Assembly (NCBI RefSeq): GCF_006345805.1
Contig: NC_043022.1
Span: forward strand, 12,710,001 to 12,774,000
Reading direction: 5' to 3'
DNA: 64,000 bases
Origin: Octopus sinensis
Taxonomy: Eukaryota
Part shown: positions 24,761-38,631 of the stretch, one piece after another
Numbering within the stretch: position 1 is the stretch's first letter
Layout of the letters: each line of letters begins with the position of its first letter
Notes under the pieces: model-generated
Seen by the model: the letters and a program-made list of their open reading frames with translations, nothing else
Databases searched by the model: none
What the model was told of the DNA's origin: nothing
Program-made: the position numbers and the translations under genes

Positions 24761-25266
24761 AGAGAGAGAGAGAGAGAAGGAGAGTGTAAGCAAGCAGCAA
24801 TCACCACCACCACCACCACCACCACTTCCATCATTACTGTCACCGCCACTGCCACCACCAGCAGCAGCAACGGAATGGCAATAATATTATTATAGCTGGT
24901 GCCTGGTGCCTGTGTCAGTGTGAGGAGACATCTGGAGTTGTGTCTGCTAGCAGACGTCCACCAGATGTTTGATGTAGATGACATACGGCTGCCAGGAGAA
25001 TCACACACACACACACACACACCACACGAAATAAAGCACACCGCTAAACGGAAACACTGAAAGTAAGAAAGGAAGGAAGCAAGGAAGCAAGGAAGGAAGC
25101 AAGGAGAGAAAGAGACGGGGAAAGCGAGTGAATTAATAATAAGCAGTATCTGCATGTTGTTGCACTTGTCCAAGGTGTAGCGAAATTTACCATTTTCACA
25201 CGCACAGCATTTGAATTCTTTTGCTCGCAGACTCATTCCAGCAGCCAGGTTAGTGTCATTTGTTAT

Positions 25267-25436
25267 GAATTCTTCAATGTGTGTTGTGTAACATCAACAA
25301 TATCAATATATGCATATGCATATACACACACATATATATATGCATATATACATACATACATATATGTATTTATATATAGCTTAGCTGCAGAATTCTTCAA
25401 TGTGTGTTGTGTAACATCAACAATATCAATATATGC

Positions 25437-25471
<35 letters not shown>

Positions 25472-25550
25472 TATATATATATATATGCATATATATATCT
25501 ATATATACATATATGTATTTATATATAGCTTAGCTGCAGAATTCTTCACT
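25267..25550. repeat. Tandem duplication, ~125-150 bp unit containing (TA)n
   Basis: gaattcttca recurs at ~25267, 25390 and 25539, with duplicated intervening sequence. Confidence 0.8.
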
Positions 25551-25559
25551 CAACATTTA

Positions 25560-26127
25560 CGACCATTATTGTTGACGAATTCTTTTTGTTGTTCTTGTTG
25601 GTGTCGGTGTTGCTTGCGGTCATCGATGTTGTTGTTGTTAGTGCTGTCCTTCTTGCTGTCATTATTATCATTATCATTGTTATTGTTGTTGTTGTTGTTG
25701 TTGCTGTCATCATTGCCATCATCCTCTCTGTTTATTCTCTGTGCTGCTGCTGTTGTTGTTGTTGCTGTCGTAGATGATGATATTGCTGTTGCTGTTTTTT
25801 GTTGTTGCTGCTGCTGTCATCACTGTCATCGCTCCTGTTCTTGTTGCTGCAGCTACTGTTGTTGCTGTTGCTGTCGTAGATGATGATATTGCCGTTTTTG
25901 TTGTTGATGTTGTTGTCGTTGCTGTCATCGCTCCTGTTCTTCTTGTTGCAGCTACTGTTGTAGTTGTTGTTTTTGGTAGAGATGATGATGATGATGATGC
26001 TTGTGAATTCCTTCACTCTCTTCTCCTTCATCTTCTCTTCCAATGCTTCTTCTTCTTCTTCCATCTTTTCTTCTTCTTCTTCTTCTTATAATAATAATAA
26101 TAATAATTAATAATAATAATAATAATA

Positions 26128-26160
<33 letters not shown>
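25560..26160. repeat. Trinucleotide low-complexity tract (GTT/GCT/CAT/CTT) ending in (AAT)n
   Basis: Directly visible. Confidence 0.9.
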
Positions 26161-26161
<1 letters not shown>

Positions 26162-27195
26162 TGTGTACAGTGCTCAGGTGCACCACAACTCATCTAAAGT
26201 GTATATATAATCAGGTGTAGTTTCGGCGGATTTCGGAAAGCATGAGGGCCTTAAAGGATGCAGTCATCGTTATAATTAATAATCAAAAACAGTGAGTTGG
26301 CAGAATTATTTGCTGCACATTGGTTAAGATGCCTTAATGGAATTTCTTCCAACCCTTTACATTCCGAGTTCAAATCGCACTCGGGCTGACTTTATCTTTC
26401 ACCCTTTTTGTGTTGACAAAGTACCAGTCAAGTACTGGGTGGTCAATAAATAGAAAAATTATTATCATCATTATTATAATTATGATTAGTATTATTATCA
26501 TTGTTGATGATGTTATTAATATTATTATTATTATTATTGTTGTTGTTGTTGTTCCACAAATTCCGCTGAGGTCAACTTTGCCTTTCATTCTTTTTGGGGG
26601 TTGATGCAATAAGTACTGGTGGCGGGGTGGAAGGTGTCAATGTAATCGGCTTACACCTCTCCCCATCTCCCATCCCCGCCCCCCAAAAAAATTGCTGGCC
26701 TTGTGCCAAACTTAGAAATCATTATCATCACCATTCCACTTGTCCCCCTCCTTCCATGCATTTCCTCCCCTTTTTTCTGTTTCTTTTCGACCACCCCACC
26801 CCGCCCCGCCCCGTCCTCCCCTCATCACTGCCACCATCACAGTAACCACCATCATCATCATCATCATCACATATTTTTGTTATTATGCTGTTACTGTTGT
26901 TGTTGTTGTTGTTGTAATCAAACTGACCCCCTCCAAGCATCCCTTTCAAACATGGACACAAACATAAACACATGTAAATGTGTTTGTATATACATATCAT
27001 CATCATCATCATCATCATTTATATACATGTATACATGTGTGTGTGTGTGTGCGTGTGCGTTTGTGTATACACACACATACACACTTACTTATAAATACAT
27101 ACACAAACATATATTTATACATGTACATATATTTATGTATATGAGTATATATATATATATATGTGTGTGTGTATATATATATATATATGTGTGTG

Positions 27196-27264
<69 letters not shown>

Positions 27265-27285
27265 CTATATATATATATATATGTG

Positions 27286-27359
<74 letters not shown>

Positions 27360-27789
27360 CACACACACATTTTTACATATACACACACATTTATATGCAT
27401 GTGTATAAGTCATTATCACCATCATACAGGCATGAATTGGATAATTTGATGTGTGTGTGTGTTGCATAGAATTTCATGGCTGAGAAAACTGTGGTACATT
27501 ATTTATAAATAAAAACATTTACAGCTTTATAAACAGTGTCAGAATAGAAAACTTATTCATTCCAATACAGTAAGGCTTCATTGGCTGTGTGTATAGTGTG
27601 CATGTGTGTGTGTGTGTGGTGTGTGTGTGTGATGTAAACACACTCACACATACATGTATATATACACACATATAAACATACATATGTAAAAATAATATAC
27701 TTCATCCCATGACTTGCATTTGAAATGCTGAACATTTTATGTTCACAGGAAATAGAGACAAAATCAGTGCTTAGATAACCAAACACACA

Positions 27790-27827
27790 CATGAATATAC
27801 TGTGTGTGTGTGTGTGTGTGCATGTAT

Positions 27828-27874
<47 letters not shown>

Positions 27875-28002
27875 ATTCAAACTACTGTATGTATATATAA
27901 ATATGTATTTGTATATATGTATGTGTATTGTGTGTGTGTGTGTGTGAAGATTCAAACTACTGTATGTGTATATATATATATATATATATGTATTTGTATA
28001 TA

Positions 28003-28038
<36 letters not shown>

Positions 28039-28190
28039 GATTCAAACAACTGTATGTATATTATATATATGTTTTTGTATATATGTATGTGTATTTGTGT
28101 GTGTGTGTGTGTAAAGATTCAAACTACTGTATGCATATATAAATATGTATGTGTATTTGTGTGTGTGTGTATGTAGTATATGTGGTATTT
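27790..28190. repeat. Compound minisatellite: attcaaactactgtatg spacers between TG/TA runs (4 copies)
   Basis: Spacer at ~27875, 27950, 28040 and 28118. Confidence 0.85.
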
Positions 28191-28486
28191 GGATGCTTGC
28201 AAATATGTTTGTCTGTCTGTGTAATATATTCAAATTGAATGTTTCTCTCTGGCAACTTCAGTCTCATGCCGCTGTGTTCAATAGGCCTGAACTGCTGCAA
28301 CTCATTACATCTCTCAGCATATATTTTTCATAAGTCCACAAAGTAGGTGATAACTGTAGAAACTGGATAAGATTTGATGGGTGACCAATGATACATGTAT
28401 GTTGGGAGGAGGTAGAAGAAAGGAGATGAGAGGAACGGTGAAGGAAAAGGATGCGAGGGAAGAGTAACAGAATACTAATAATAATT

Positions 28487-28872
28487 GGAGGCGCAATGGC
28501 CCAGTGGTTAGGGCAGCGGACTCGCGGTCGTAGGATCGCGGTTTCGATTCCCAGACCGGGCGTTGTGAGTGTTTATTGAGTGAAAACACCTAAAAAAGCT
28601 CCACGAGGCTCCGGCAGGGGATGGTGGTGATCCCTGCTGTACTCTTTCACCACAACTTTCTCTCACTCTTATTTCCTGTTTCTGTTGTACCTGTATTTCA
28701 AAGGGCCAGCCTTGTCACTCTCTGTGTCACGCTGAATATCCCCGAGAACTACGCTAAGGGTACACATGTCTGTGGAGAGCTCAGCCACTTACACATTAAT
28801 TTCACGAGCAGGCTGTTCCGTTGATCGGATCAACCGGAACCCTCGTCGTCGGAACCGACGGAGTGCTTCCAA
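28487..28872 (+). mobile_element. tRNA-derived SINE (family C)
   Basis: A box tggcccagtgg, B box ggtttcgattcc; 13-bp TSD actaataataatt at 28474-28486 and 28873-28885. Confidence 0.9.
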
Positions 28873-28904
28873 ACTAATAATAATTATTTTTTACATTAGG
28901 TACG

Positions 28905-29105
28905 AGCCACATTTGGTGCAGGTGGCACGTAAAAAGCACCCACTACACTCACGAAGTGGTTGGCGTTAGGAAGGGCACCCAGCTGTAGAAACACTGCCAG
29001 ATCAGACTGGGCCTGGTGCAGCCTTCTGGCTTCCCAGACCCCAGTTGAACCATCCAACCCATGCTAGCATGGAAAACGGACGTTAAACAATGATGATGAT
29101 GATGA
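28905..29105 (+). mobile_element. RTE-X-type 3' end
   Basis: Family motif and (ATG)n tail. Confidence 0.75.
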
Positions 29106-29479
29106 GGTACAAGGCCTGATATTTTGTGTGTAAGGGGTTATTTGATTACATTAACCCCAGTGCCCAAATGGCATTTTATTTCACTGACCCTAAAACGATG
29201 ATAGCCAAAACTGACTGTGGCCGTATCTGAACTCAGAATATGAAGAGCTAGAATAATGGCTGCTGAGCATTTTGTCTGGTATGCCAACAACTGTGCCAGC
29301 TCTTCACCTCAATAATAATGATAATACAGTAAAAAGGATAAGAAAAAGAGAGGATGGGAGAAAGAGAAGGAGATATGAGGGAGCAATGTGGTTATATAGA
29401 CATAGTAATAGGCTGGTAGAAGAGAGATAATTTGTTGGCTCATAGGGTGATCAATGTAAAAATAAGTGGAGAGGACAGA

Positions 29480-30360
29480 AAACAGTATTAAGAAAGGTGG
29501 ATGGCATTGGATAAAAAGGGTCCAGGGTGTGAGCCATTTTTACTATCACTATAGGATGCAGTGCAGAAACAAGAGATTTGTTTTCCTCATGATGAGACTG
29601 CTACAAATGGTTCAATTTTCAAACACAAGCTTCATGAGGTAACTAAATATCCACTTCGTAATTTCCTCCAATTCATGGGAGATATTCACAAACAATTGAA
29701 TTTGGCAAATTCAGTTTCTGTGGGTTTGAGAGGTTTGGAAACATCCAAATTGGTGCCACTGATCTGATGAGGACTCATTTGACATCATTTTTATATCTCT
29801 CCCTACCTTTTTTGTTTATGTACATTAGCATATTTCTTGATGTGTTTGAGGGGAGAGAACATGTTTATCTCACTGTTTATGCGTGTGAGCATAATTGTCT
29901 GTAGAGGAGAGAAAAAGTGTTTATGTCAATCACCTTCAATTAATAAATTTTAAAGCCCCTCTCCCTCCTCTTCCCCTCTCTCTGTTTGTATCAGTGTGAG
30001 CATATTTCTTTCCCTGAGTACGAGGGGGGGGGGCAAGTTTTTGTGTCAATTGTATTCAATTAACAAATTGTAATGTCTCTCCCCCTCTCTCTCTCTCTTT
30101 TTCTATCTGTGAGAAAAAGAGAGAGAGAGGGGAGTGGCTCTGTCACTAAAACAGGCTGAATGTCCAGTCAGCCATGCCAAATCTTCAATGTCCAAACAGC
30201 TGTGCTTGATTGTCTCATTCCAAGTTTCTATGGAGAATCTCTGGTGCTTTGACAAGGAAATGACTCAACTATTTCTCTCAAATATTCGTTATTCATTGTG
30301 GTTCATCTTCCAGGAATCACAACTGCCATTTTTAAACTTCTGAAACAGCAGTTGATATTT
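29480..30360 (-). pseudogene. Highly decayed mariner N-terminal relic
   Basis: 30170-30360 gives FQKFKNG..LEDEP..NEYLREIVESFPCQSTR..KLG..QS across frameshifts. 29480-29790 has only weak WVPH/DEKW-like remnants. Confidence 0.5.
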
Positions 30361-31263
30361 ATAAGTCTTCCCTCACAGCATTTCTCTCAACTCCCATCTC
30401 TATCCCCGTTTACCACTCTCCTCTCATATTCCCGTACTGCTTCCCTTATGAGCCCTTTGCCGTAACTTGAGAGTATGCTCTGACACGTCTTAACCATCAA
30501 CCTCTTTCTTTTCCATTTAAGCATTGTCATATCTTTGTTGGGTTACTTATCAATAACAACAAGGAAATATATAATTATTCTATACATACATATATCACAT
30601 ATATATACACACATATATATATATATATATACATTTTATAAATATGTACATATGTAGGTATTTGTGTGTTTGTGTATGAGCGTGTATAGATGGATGGATG
30701 GATGGATGGATAGATAGATAGATAGATAGATAGTTGGATAGATGGATGGATGGATAGATAGATAGATAGATAGATTTGTGTGTGTACCAACATACACATA
30801 TATGTGTGTAAAAATCTAAGAATGAAAGGAATGAAAAAGATAAATAAAGACTTCAAATGTTTCATAGGTAAAGTAATGTTTGTTACACAACTTATAAACT
30901 GCTTGAAAGTAATAAGACCTGAAGATTAGCGAAGCAAATTTTATGCCTGATACATGTTACATCACAAATATTGTTTTAGCTATGAAACATTTGTAGTCTT
31001 TATTTAACGTTTCCATTCTTTACAAACTTGGAATTTTATTCACATTTCTAACAACTTCAGTTTCTAAACTGCAAGTTGTATGGCAACTATCAGCTTACTG
31101 AAATTTCTATTGATTTCAATATGGGACAGAATGTGTAACTTACAGTGGTTAATAAACTCTTTTTATCATATATTGTCCATCTTTTGCCATCTATACTATC
31201 TGTATACATGATTTAGGCTTACCAGCTTCCTACACCAGGATCTTTGGATCATACGAACATACT

Positions 31264-31644
31264 GGATGGAAGCACTCCGTCGATTACGACGACGAGGGTT
31301 CCGGTTGATCCGATCAACGGAACAGCCTGCTCGTGAAGTGTAAGTGGCTGAGCACTCCACAGACACGTGTACCCTTAACGTAGTTCTCGGGGATATTCAG
31401 CGTGACACAGAGAGTGACAAGGCCGGCCCTTTGAAATACAGGTACAACAGAAACAGGAAGTAAGAGTGAGAGAAAGTTGTGGTGAAAGAGTACAGCAGGG
31501 ATCACCACCATCCCCTGCCGGAGCCTCGTGGAGCTTTAGGTGTTTTCGCTCAATAAACACTCACAACGCCCGGTCTGGGAATCGAAACCGCGATCCTATG
31601 ACCGCGAGTCCGCTGCCCTAACCACTGGGCCATTGCGCCTCCAC
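31264..31644 (-). mobile_element. tRNA-derived SINE (family C)
   Basis: 11-bp TSD acgaacatact at 31253-31263 and 31645-31655. Confidence 0.9.
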
Positions 31645-32079
31645 ACGAACATACTATGCATGCATGTACATGTGTGTGTGACTGACTGTGTGTATGAATT
31701 GTAGGTGCACAAGGGTGGGTGGTTAAGAAGTTTGCCTTTCAGCCATGATGTCTCCAGTTTTATCCTACTTCATGGCATCTTGAGAAAATGTCATTTTCTA
31801 TAGCCTCGAGTGAACTGCATAGAGGCCCATCAGGTGGATTTTACTCATAATTCAATAGATACAGCTTACTCAAAATATGTGCCATGCACACATTAACGGT
31901 GACACATGTGTTGTGGTACCTGCACTGTTGGGGACACCTTGTAACTTGCTACACAAAAGAGAGTGAAAGCATGACTAAAAAAGTGTAGAGATATAAAGCA
32001 ATAAAAATCAAAGAAGTGTACAATATATAAATAAGAAACATGCGTGTGTGTATGTGCATATATATATATATATATATAT

Positions 32080-32114
<35 letters not shown>

Positions 32115-32318
32115 ACACACACACACATATATATATATATATGTTGGCATTCCTTTTATGAGGGCAATGTTGTTATATTTATGGAAATCTTGTATTAACA
32201 TGAAGCCCCATAATGCAAGATGTATCCTCTCTTTAACTTCAGGAAACCAAGGGAAATAAAATTCCATAATGCAGAATATGCCAAGACATACATATGTAAT
32301 ATACATACAGATAAATAA

Positions 32319-32349
<31 letters not shown>

Positions 32350-33520
32350 CACATTTTCACACATGCATATACACACACACACACACACGTGTATATATGT
32401 ATGTGCATAACTATACACATGCACTCACACACATGCGTAGATACTGATATTTGTGTGTATATATGTTATCTACATACACATATGTAAACACACTCGCTCT
32501 TATACATACAAATGCATATACGTCTATATGCGTATGTGTGTGTGAGATATATCTGATTTCCATAATAGAAAACTGTAAAATTATTTCAGTAAAAAGACAC
32601 AAAATTGAAAAATAGGCATTATAAAAAAAATAAATGATGTTTGGAGATGAGAAATTGAGTTGGAATGGTTGTGATAATTGAACAATTTTCAATTGCTGAT
32701 AGAATATCATCTATTGAGGATAATACACACACACACACACACATGTATACACATACATGCATACTTATATACAGACACACACAGACTCACACAGAGCCAT
32801 ACATTCAATCAAATAAATGCACATTCACTTACATGCACTCACCCACACACATACACTCACTGTTACATATTTACACACGTACATACACACAAACACATAT
32901 AAAGCAAGCAACACACTCACACACACACACACTTATATATACTCACAGACACGCCTTCAGAAACACACACACACTAAAATTTTAACTAACAAGCTGAAAA
33001 ACTGAGTGAAACAATAAAATCTCGTTTATAAAATTACTTGAACGACTTCATGTTGGTGTATCTTTTCCCAGTGTATCATATCTCGCTTCATTCCCCAAAT
33101 CCACCCACACACACACACAACTTGTTTTGCTGTCTGTTTTCTTGCGCAGAAGAGTAGGAGTGTCTTATCTTGCGTGTTCCCTTTCTAACAGCACCACCTG
33201 GCCCTTAAAAAGAGGTCTATTGCAAGCATCTAAATTGAGCCTCCCAAGGATAGCTAACTCTACTACACCCTCCCCTCCACATACACACACACACCAGTCT
33301 TAGAAATCCAGGAAAAAAAGGGCCATGAACCCTTCCTTTCCTCTAAGTCATGAGAAATTAATAAATATGGAAGTGCAAGCATGGCTCTGTGATTAAGAGG
33401 CTCACTCAGCAACCACATGGTTTCAGGTTCAGTTCCACTTGTGTGTCTTCTATTATGGCTCCAGGTCAGCCAATTCCTTGTGAGTGAATTTAGTGGAGAG
33501 AAAATTTAGAAACGCCCATC

Positions 33521-33564
<44 letters not shown>

Positions 33565-33792
33565 CTCTTACTCTTTTTACTCTTTTACTTGTTTCAGTCA
33601 TTTGACTGAGGCCATGCTAGAGCATCACCTTTAGTCAAGCAAATCGACCCCAGGACTTATTCTTTGTATGCCTAGTACTTATTCTATTGGTCTCTTTTGC
33701 TGAACTGCTAAGTTACGGGGATGTAAACACACCAGCATCAGTTGTCAAGTGATGTTGGGAGGACAAACACATATATTTACATATATATATAT

Positions 33793-34063
33793 ATAATTAC
33801 AGAGGTATCAAATTGTTGGATCAGGTGATGAAAGTTACAGAGAGAGTCATAGCTTAACTAATAAGGGAGAGTAAACCTAGATGAGATGCAGTTTGGTTTT
33901 GTGCCAGGGAGAAGCATCACTGATGCTATATTTCTGGTAAGATGGCTGCAAGAGAAATACCTAGCCAAAGATAAACCTCTGTACTTGGCCTTCGTTGACA
34001 TGGAGAAAGCCTTTGACAGAGTCCTCCAATCCCTCATCTGGTAGTCAATGCAGAAACTAGGCA
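33793..34063 (+). mobile_element. RTE-X reverse transcriptase fragment
   Basis: NYRGIKLLDQVMKV..EMQFGFVPGRSITDAIFLVRWLQEKY..LYLAFVDMEKAFDRV. Confidence 0.9.
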
Positions 34064-34251
34064 CAGACACTGGTTCCACATGGCTTGGCAAAGAGGGCAG
34101 ATTTTTTTTTATAATACTCGACTCCAGTACTGAACTGGTACTTATTTTATTGACCCCTAAAGAATGAAAGGCAAAGTCAACCTCAACAGAGTTTGAACTC
34201 AGAACATAAAGACAGACAAGATAACATTATGCATTTGGCCACCATATGTAT

Positions 34252-34294
<43 letters not shown>

Positions 34295-34607
34295 GGTGGA
34301 GGCGCACTGGCCCAGTGGTTAGGGCAGCAGACTTGCGGTCATAGGATCACAGTTTTGATTCCCAGACTGGGCATTGTGAGTGTTTATTGAGCGAAAACAC
34401 CTAAAGTTCCACAAGGCTCTGGCAGGGGGTGGTAGCGATCCCTGCCGTATTCATTCACCACAACTTTCTCTCACTCTTTCTTACGTTGGCCTGCTCGCTT
34501 AGCCAGTGGGGTGGCGTCATTTGAAGGCTAAAACAATGCGAAGTGCATTGTGACCAGTGATGTGTAGCAACATCTGATAGTCTGGTTGGTCACGGCAACA
34601 TATATAA

Positions 34608-34644
<37 letters not shown>

Positions 34645-34810
34645 TTACACTCTCGGAGTGATTGGCATTAGGAAGGGCCTCCAGCTGTAGAAACCTTGCC
34701 AGACCAGACTGGAGCTTGGTGCAGCCTCCTAGCTTCCCAGACCCTAGTCAAACCGTCCAACCCATGCCAGCATGGAAAACAGACGTTAAACGATGATGAT
34801 GATGATGATA
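34645..34810 (+). mobile_element. RTE-X-type 3' end
   Basis: Family motif and (ATG)n tail. Confidence 0.7.
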
Positions 34811-35454
34811 CACATGTGCTTGAGTGAGTGGTTACATGGATGCAAGTTCGCCAACCTTTCAACCTTTGTTTTACTTTATAATGCTGCATCATTTCTCTCT
34901 AATTACCACACCACACAAAAGCCTAATTTTCATTTTACAAAAGGAACAAAGTAACTGTATGTGATGTAATGTAATATAATATCTGCAGTGTGCGGAAGAA
35001 ACAGCGGAGGAGCAACAGAGAAAAAGCAGAAAAAGCAAGAGAGGGTGGACGGAGAAATAATGTCACGTTTGTGACATTTGATAATGTAGGTTAGTAAACA
35101 GGGTTAATAAGTTTACTATTACACAAATAATAGATCTTCAAATCTTCAGACACAACACCACCTCCACTACGGTCTGTTTGACTTAAGCCATCCCTGGTTT
35201 CAATTTAAATCTGTCAATCAAGTTCAATAAAGTAATAAACCGTGATTGTTTTTATAGCTATTGTTGTTGACGTGGTTCTTGTTAAGCCTTGGATCAGCTG
35301 TGATCAAGGAGGTTTAGGATCAAAGGTATTTCAGCTGTGTCCAACTAGTTTTTTTTTCTTTACTTTTTTTTTCTGGCAGAGTGCACCCAGAGTTACATGA
35401 TCCAATGTGCTTTCATTTGCTGTAAGATAGAACAGTTGATGTAGAGAGAGCAGC

Positions 35455-35660
35455 AGTGGTAATGGTGATGTTAATGATATTGGTGGTGGTGGTGGTGGGT
35501 AAGGTGGTAGTGGTGGTGGTGTTAGCAATGTTGTTGTTGTTGGTGTTGGTGGTGGTCCTGATGGTGGTGTTAGCAATGTTGTTGTTGGTGGTGGTGGTAG
35601 CATTGGTGTTGGTAGTGACAATTGTAGTGTTGTTCTTGTTGTTGTTAGTGGTGGTGGTGT
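35455..35660. repeat. (GGT/GTT)n low-complexity tract
   Basis: Directly visible. Confidence 0.85.
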
Positions 35661-37199
35661 TTAGCCCCAAGTCAGTTCTGATCCAGTGGACTTATGACCA
35701 AAGGTATACACTTTAGAAACAATTATTTACACCTGCTAGTAAGCAGGTGTAAATAAATTAAACAGGTGGAGTACAGCTGTTGTTGGTTGGAAAGTTAGTA
35801 CAATTGATAGAACAGCAACAGACTAAATAACTCACAAAGAAGCCTTGATATGGTTATTTGACTTGCTAGACATAATAGCCAAAATCTCCCACAAATCACA
35901 TCCTACAGCTATCAGTAATGGACACACAGGATATTGTGGCCCTCAGTTTTCTGCCCTGAGAGAAAACATCGGTTGTCAAGTGATGGTAAGAGGACAAACA
36001 GACACACAAACATACACACATATATATATATATATATAAATATATACACGACAGGCTTCTTTCAGTTTCCGTCTACCAAATCCACTCACAAGGCTTTGGT
36101 CAGCCCGAGGCTATAGTAGAAGACACTTGCCCAAGCTGCCAAGCAGTAGGACTGAACCCGGAACCATGTGGTTGAGAAGCAAGCTTCTTACCCCACAGCC
36201 ACGCCTGCACCTGTTTATTTTTCATTGATGCATATCAATTATGAAACTATGCACCAGTTACAAAACCCACAAAAAAACTGGTGCTTCAAGAACGAAGCCC
36301 CTTGATATATTTGCTCTGCACTGAGTTGCAGATATTTCCTTGAATAACACTATTGCTCATCAAGTGTAATGAGAAATAAATATAATCTCAAATATAACTT
36401 CCATATTGGCCATATTATGTAACATCTGTATTGGCCAGGTTATGTGACAATGTTAACACAGAAATAAGTTAATTTTTTAAAATTAAACTATCCATGGGAA
36501 ATCACAAAGACCTACTTCTGGCAGAGCAGACTTTTGTGTGTGTGTGTGTGTGTGTCTGTGAGTGTCCTTCCTGTGGCTCAGTCTATGCGTTTGTATGTCC
36601 TTCCTGTGTATTTATGTGTGTGTGTGTATGCATGTGTGTGTGGGTGTATGCATCTACCCTTGTAACTATGTGTATGTGTCAGTGAATGAATTTGCATATG
36701 TATGTGTGTGCGTGTGTGTGTGTGTCTGTCTATATGAGACCATGTTTTTGGATGTTCCATTTTTCAAAGACAATACACAATTTGCCATTTTATTTCATTA
36801 CTGAAATATATATTCCAGGATTAGTTTGAAAAAATTCATTTTCCTTTAACTGTTTGTTCACTCCCACCTAAACCCTCTATTACAACACGCCACCCCACCC
36901 TCCTTCCTACCACCTCTTTACAACCTTCCCCCCAAACTCACCCTCCCTCCTTCCTATCTCTTTATTACAACACACCCATTCCCCTCCTTTGTATCCCCCC
37001 CACTCTATTACAAAACGCTCCGCTCCATCTAAGTAACTGACCCCCAGTACAATCTGCCATATAAGAAATGAACCTTTTCTATCACCTTGCCTGTGATCCC
37101 ACAACATCTCTCCTATGATTATACATTACAGCAGTCCTACCAACTCCCGTTATACATTAGGAAGTGGTCACATCATCAGTTGTGGCCACTTCCTTAATT

Positions 37200-38020
37200 G
37201 AAGTAAGGTCCGGTCTTGTCTCCTGATGGCTCAAAACTTTTCATCTTTGCTAGGTTTGCTTTCTAGATTTTGCTTCCAACTTTTAAATTTCTTCCCTAAA
37301 TCTTTGATCAATTCAGCTTTGAGAAAGAAATAAGTCACTACTATGTAGAAGTTTCCAAGGCTAACCAGTCTTAACCCTTTTAGTACCAACCACACTGGGG
37401 TTGTCCCCTGATTATATGACACAACCTTCTTGTTTAAAGTGATTTAAATGAAAAACTTCCATCAACATTTTATGTTGATTTATCTTCCAAATGCCAGACA
37501 AAGTTCTTTTAATAAATACGTCATTAATTTCAAAATTAATTGAAATGAACGCAGTGTACTTCAATAGAAATAAAGTAACAATCGGTTTAGTGATCTCAAT
37601 TAAAACCATGAAATTGTTTTGCTAATTTATGCTCCAAACACCAGCTTAATAATGATAAAGTTATTCAACTAAATACATAATTATTTTCAAGCTTAATTGC
37701 TACAAAAGCAACATATTTCAACAGACATACAATAACAAAAAGAGTTAAATGTCTCTGTTATGTTGTACTCCAACCTGCAACAGGAATTCCTCACTCAACT
37801 CTTGAGTGGCTCTCACCTTCATAACAACACTTTTGTGCATGGCTTGCACAAATCTCACAAACCATTAATCAACCCTTAGTTTTTGCAGCGACACCCCAGG
37901 CTGTAAAGGATGATACCCTCTCAAAGCCTTCTCCAAGACAACAAATACCAGACTCACTAGCTTAGTCTGAGCTTAAACTTCTCTTGTAGTTATCTCATCA
38001 GGATTAAAGGATCAATATTA
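37200..38020 (-). mobile_element. Decayed RTE-X RT in two pieces (37745-38020 and 37200-37330)
   Basis: FVVLEKAL..SLQKLRVD*WFVRFVQAMH..SEEFLLQVGVQH, and KDLGKKFKSWKQNLESK. Confidence 0.6.
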
Positions 38021-38631
38021 GTCTTTCCAGAAGCTTGCTCTGCATCTCATCTGGGCTAATTCTGTTCAGCTTGCTGCTTCAGTAGATGCATCTTTCAAGT
38101 GCATCTTTATTTCCCTTCTTGATGCCGTTGATGATGATACACCAGTCATTGGGTCCGACACCCTTCTCTTCTATCTGCAAGTGGCTGCTGCATGTCATAC
38201 TTTGCAAGATGATAATAATAATTCTCTCTAATTTTGGTGTGAGGCAAGGATTTTGAGGGGACGGGGAAGTCAGTTACATCAACCCCTCTACTCAGTAAAG
38301 ATTAAAGACAAGGTTGACCTGGGTGGAATTTGAACTCAGAATGTAAAGAGCTGGAAGAAATATCACCACAGATTCTGTGCAACATGTGGAAAATCCTGCC
38401 ACCATAATAATCCTTTCTACTATAAGAACAAAGCCAGAAATTTGGGGGGGGGGGCTAGTTGATTATATGAACCCCACTCCATGACTGGTGCTTAATTTAT
38501 TGACTCTGAAAGAATGAAAGGCAAAGTTGACTTCAGCAGAATTTGAACTCATAATGTTATGATATGAAATACAGCTAAGCATTTTGTCCAGCATGTTAAT
38601 TATTTTGCCAGCTTACTAACTTAATAATAAT

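Noticed and set aside
25158-25180. ttgcacttgtcc resembles part of miR-92
   Set aside because: Only 12 nt match, the 3' half differs, and there is no pre-miRNA hairpin.
24571-25236. 221-aa minus-strand ORF
   Set aside because: Crosses (GGAA)n, (CA)n, (CAC)n and (GA)n tracts; no recognisable domain.
27790-28190. Repeat-spacer-like pattern reminiscent of CRISPR
   Set aside because: The intervening sequences are microsatellites, the context is eukaryotic, and there are no cas genes.
28487-28560. tRNA-like sequence with A and B boxes (also in other SINE heads)
   Set aside because: It is the head of a multi-copy SINE with a TSD; the acceptor stem is not intact, so it is not a tRNA gene.
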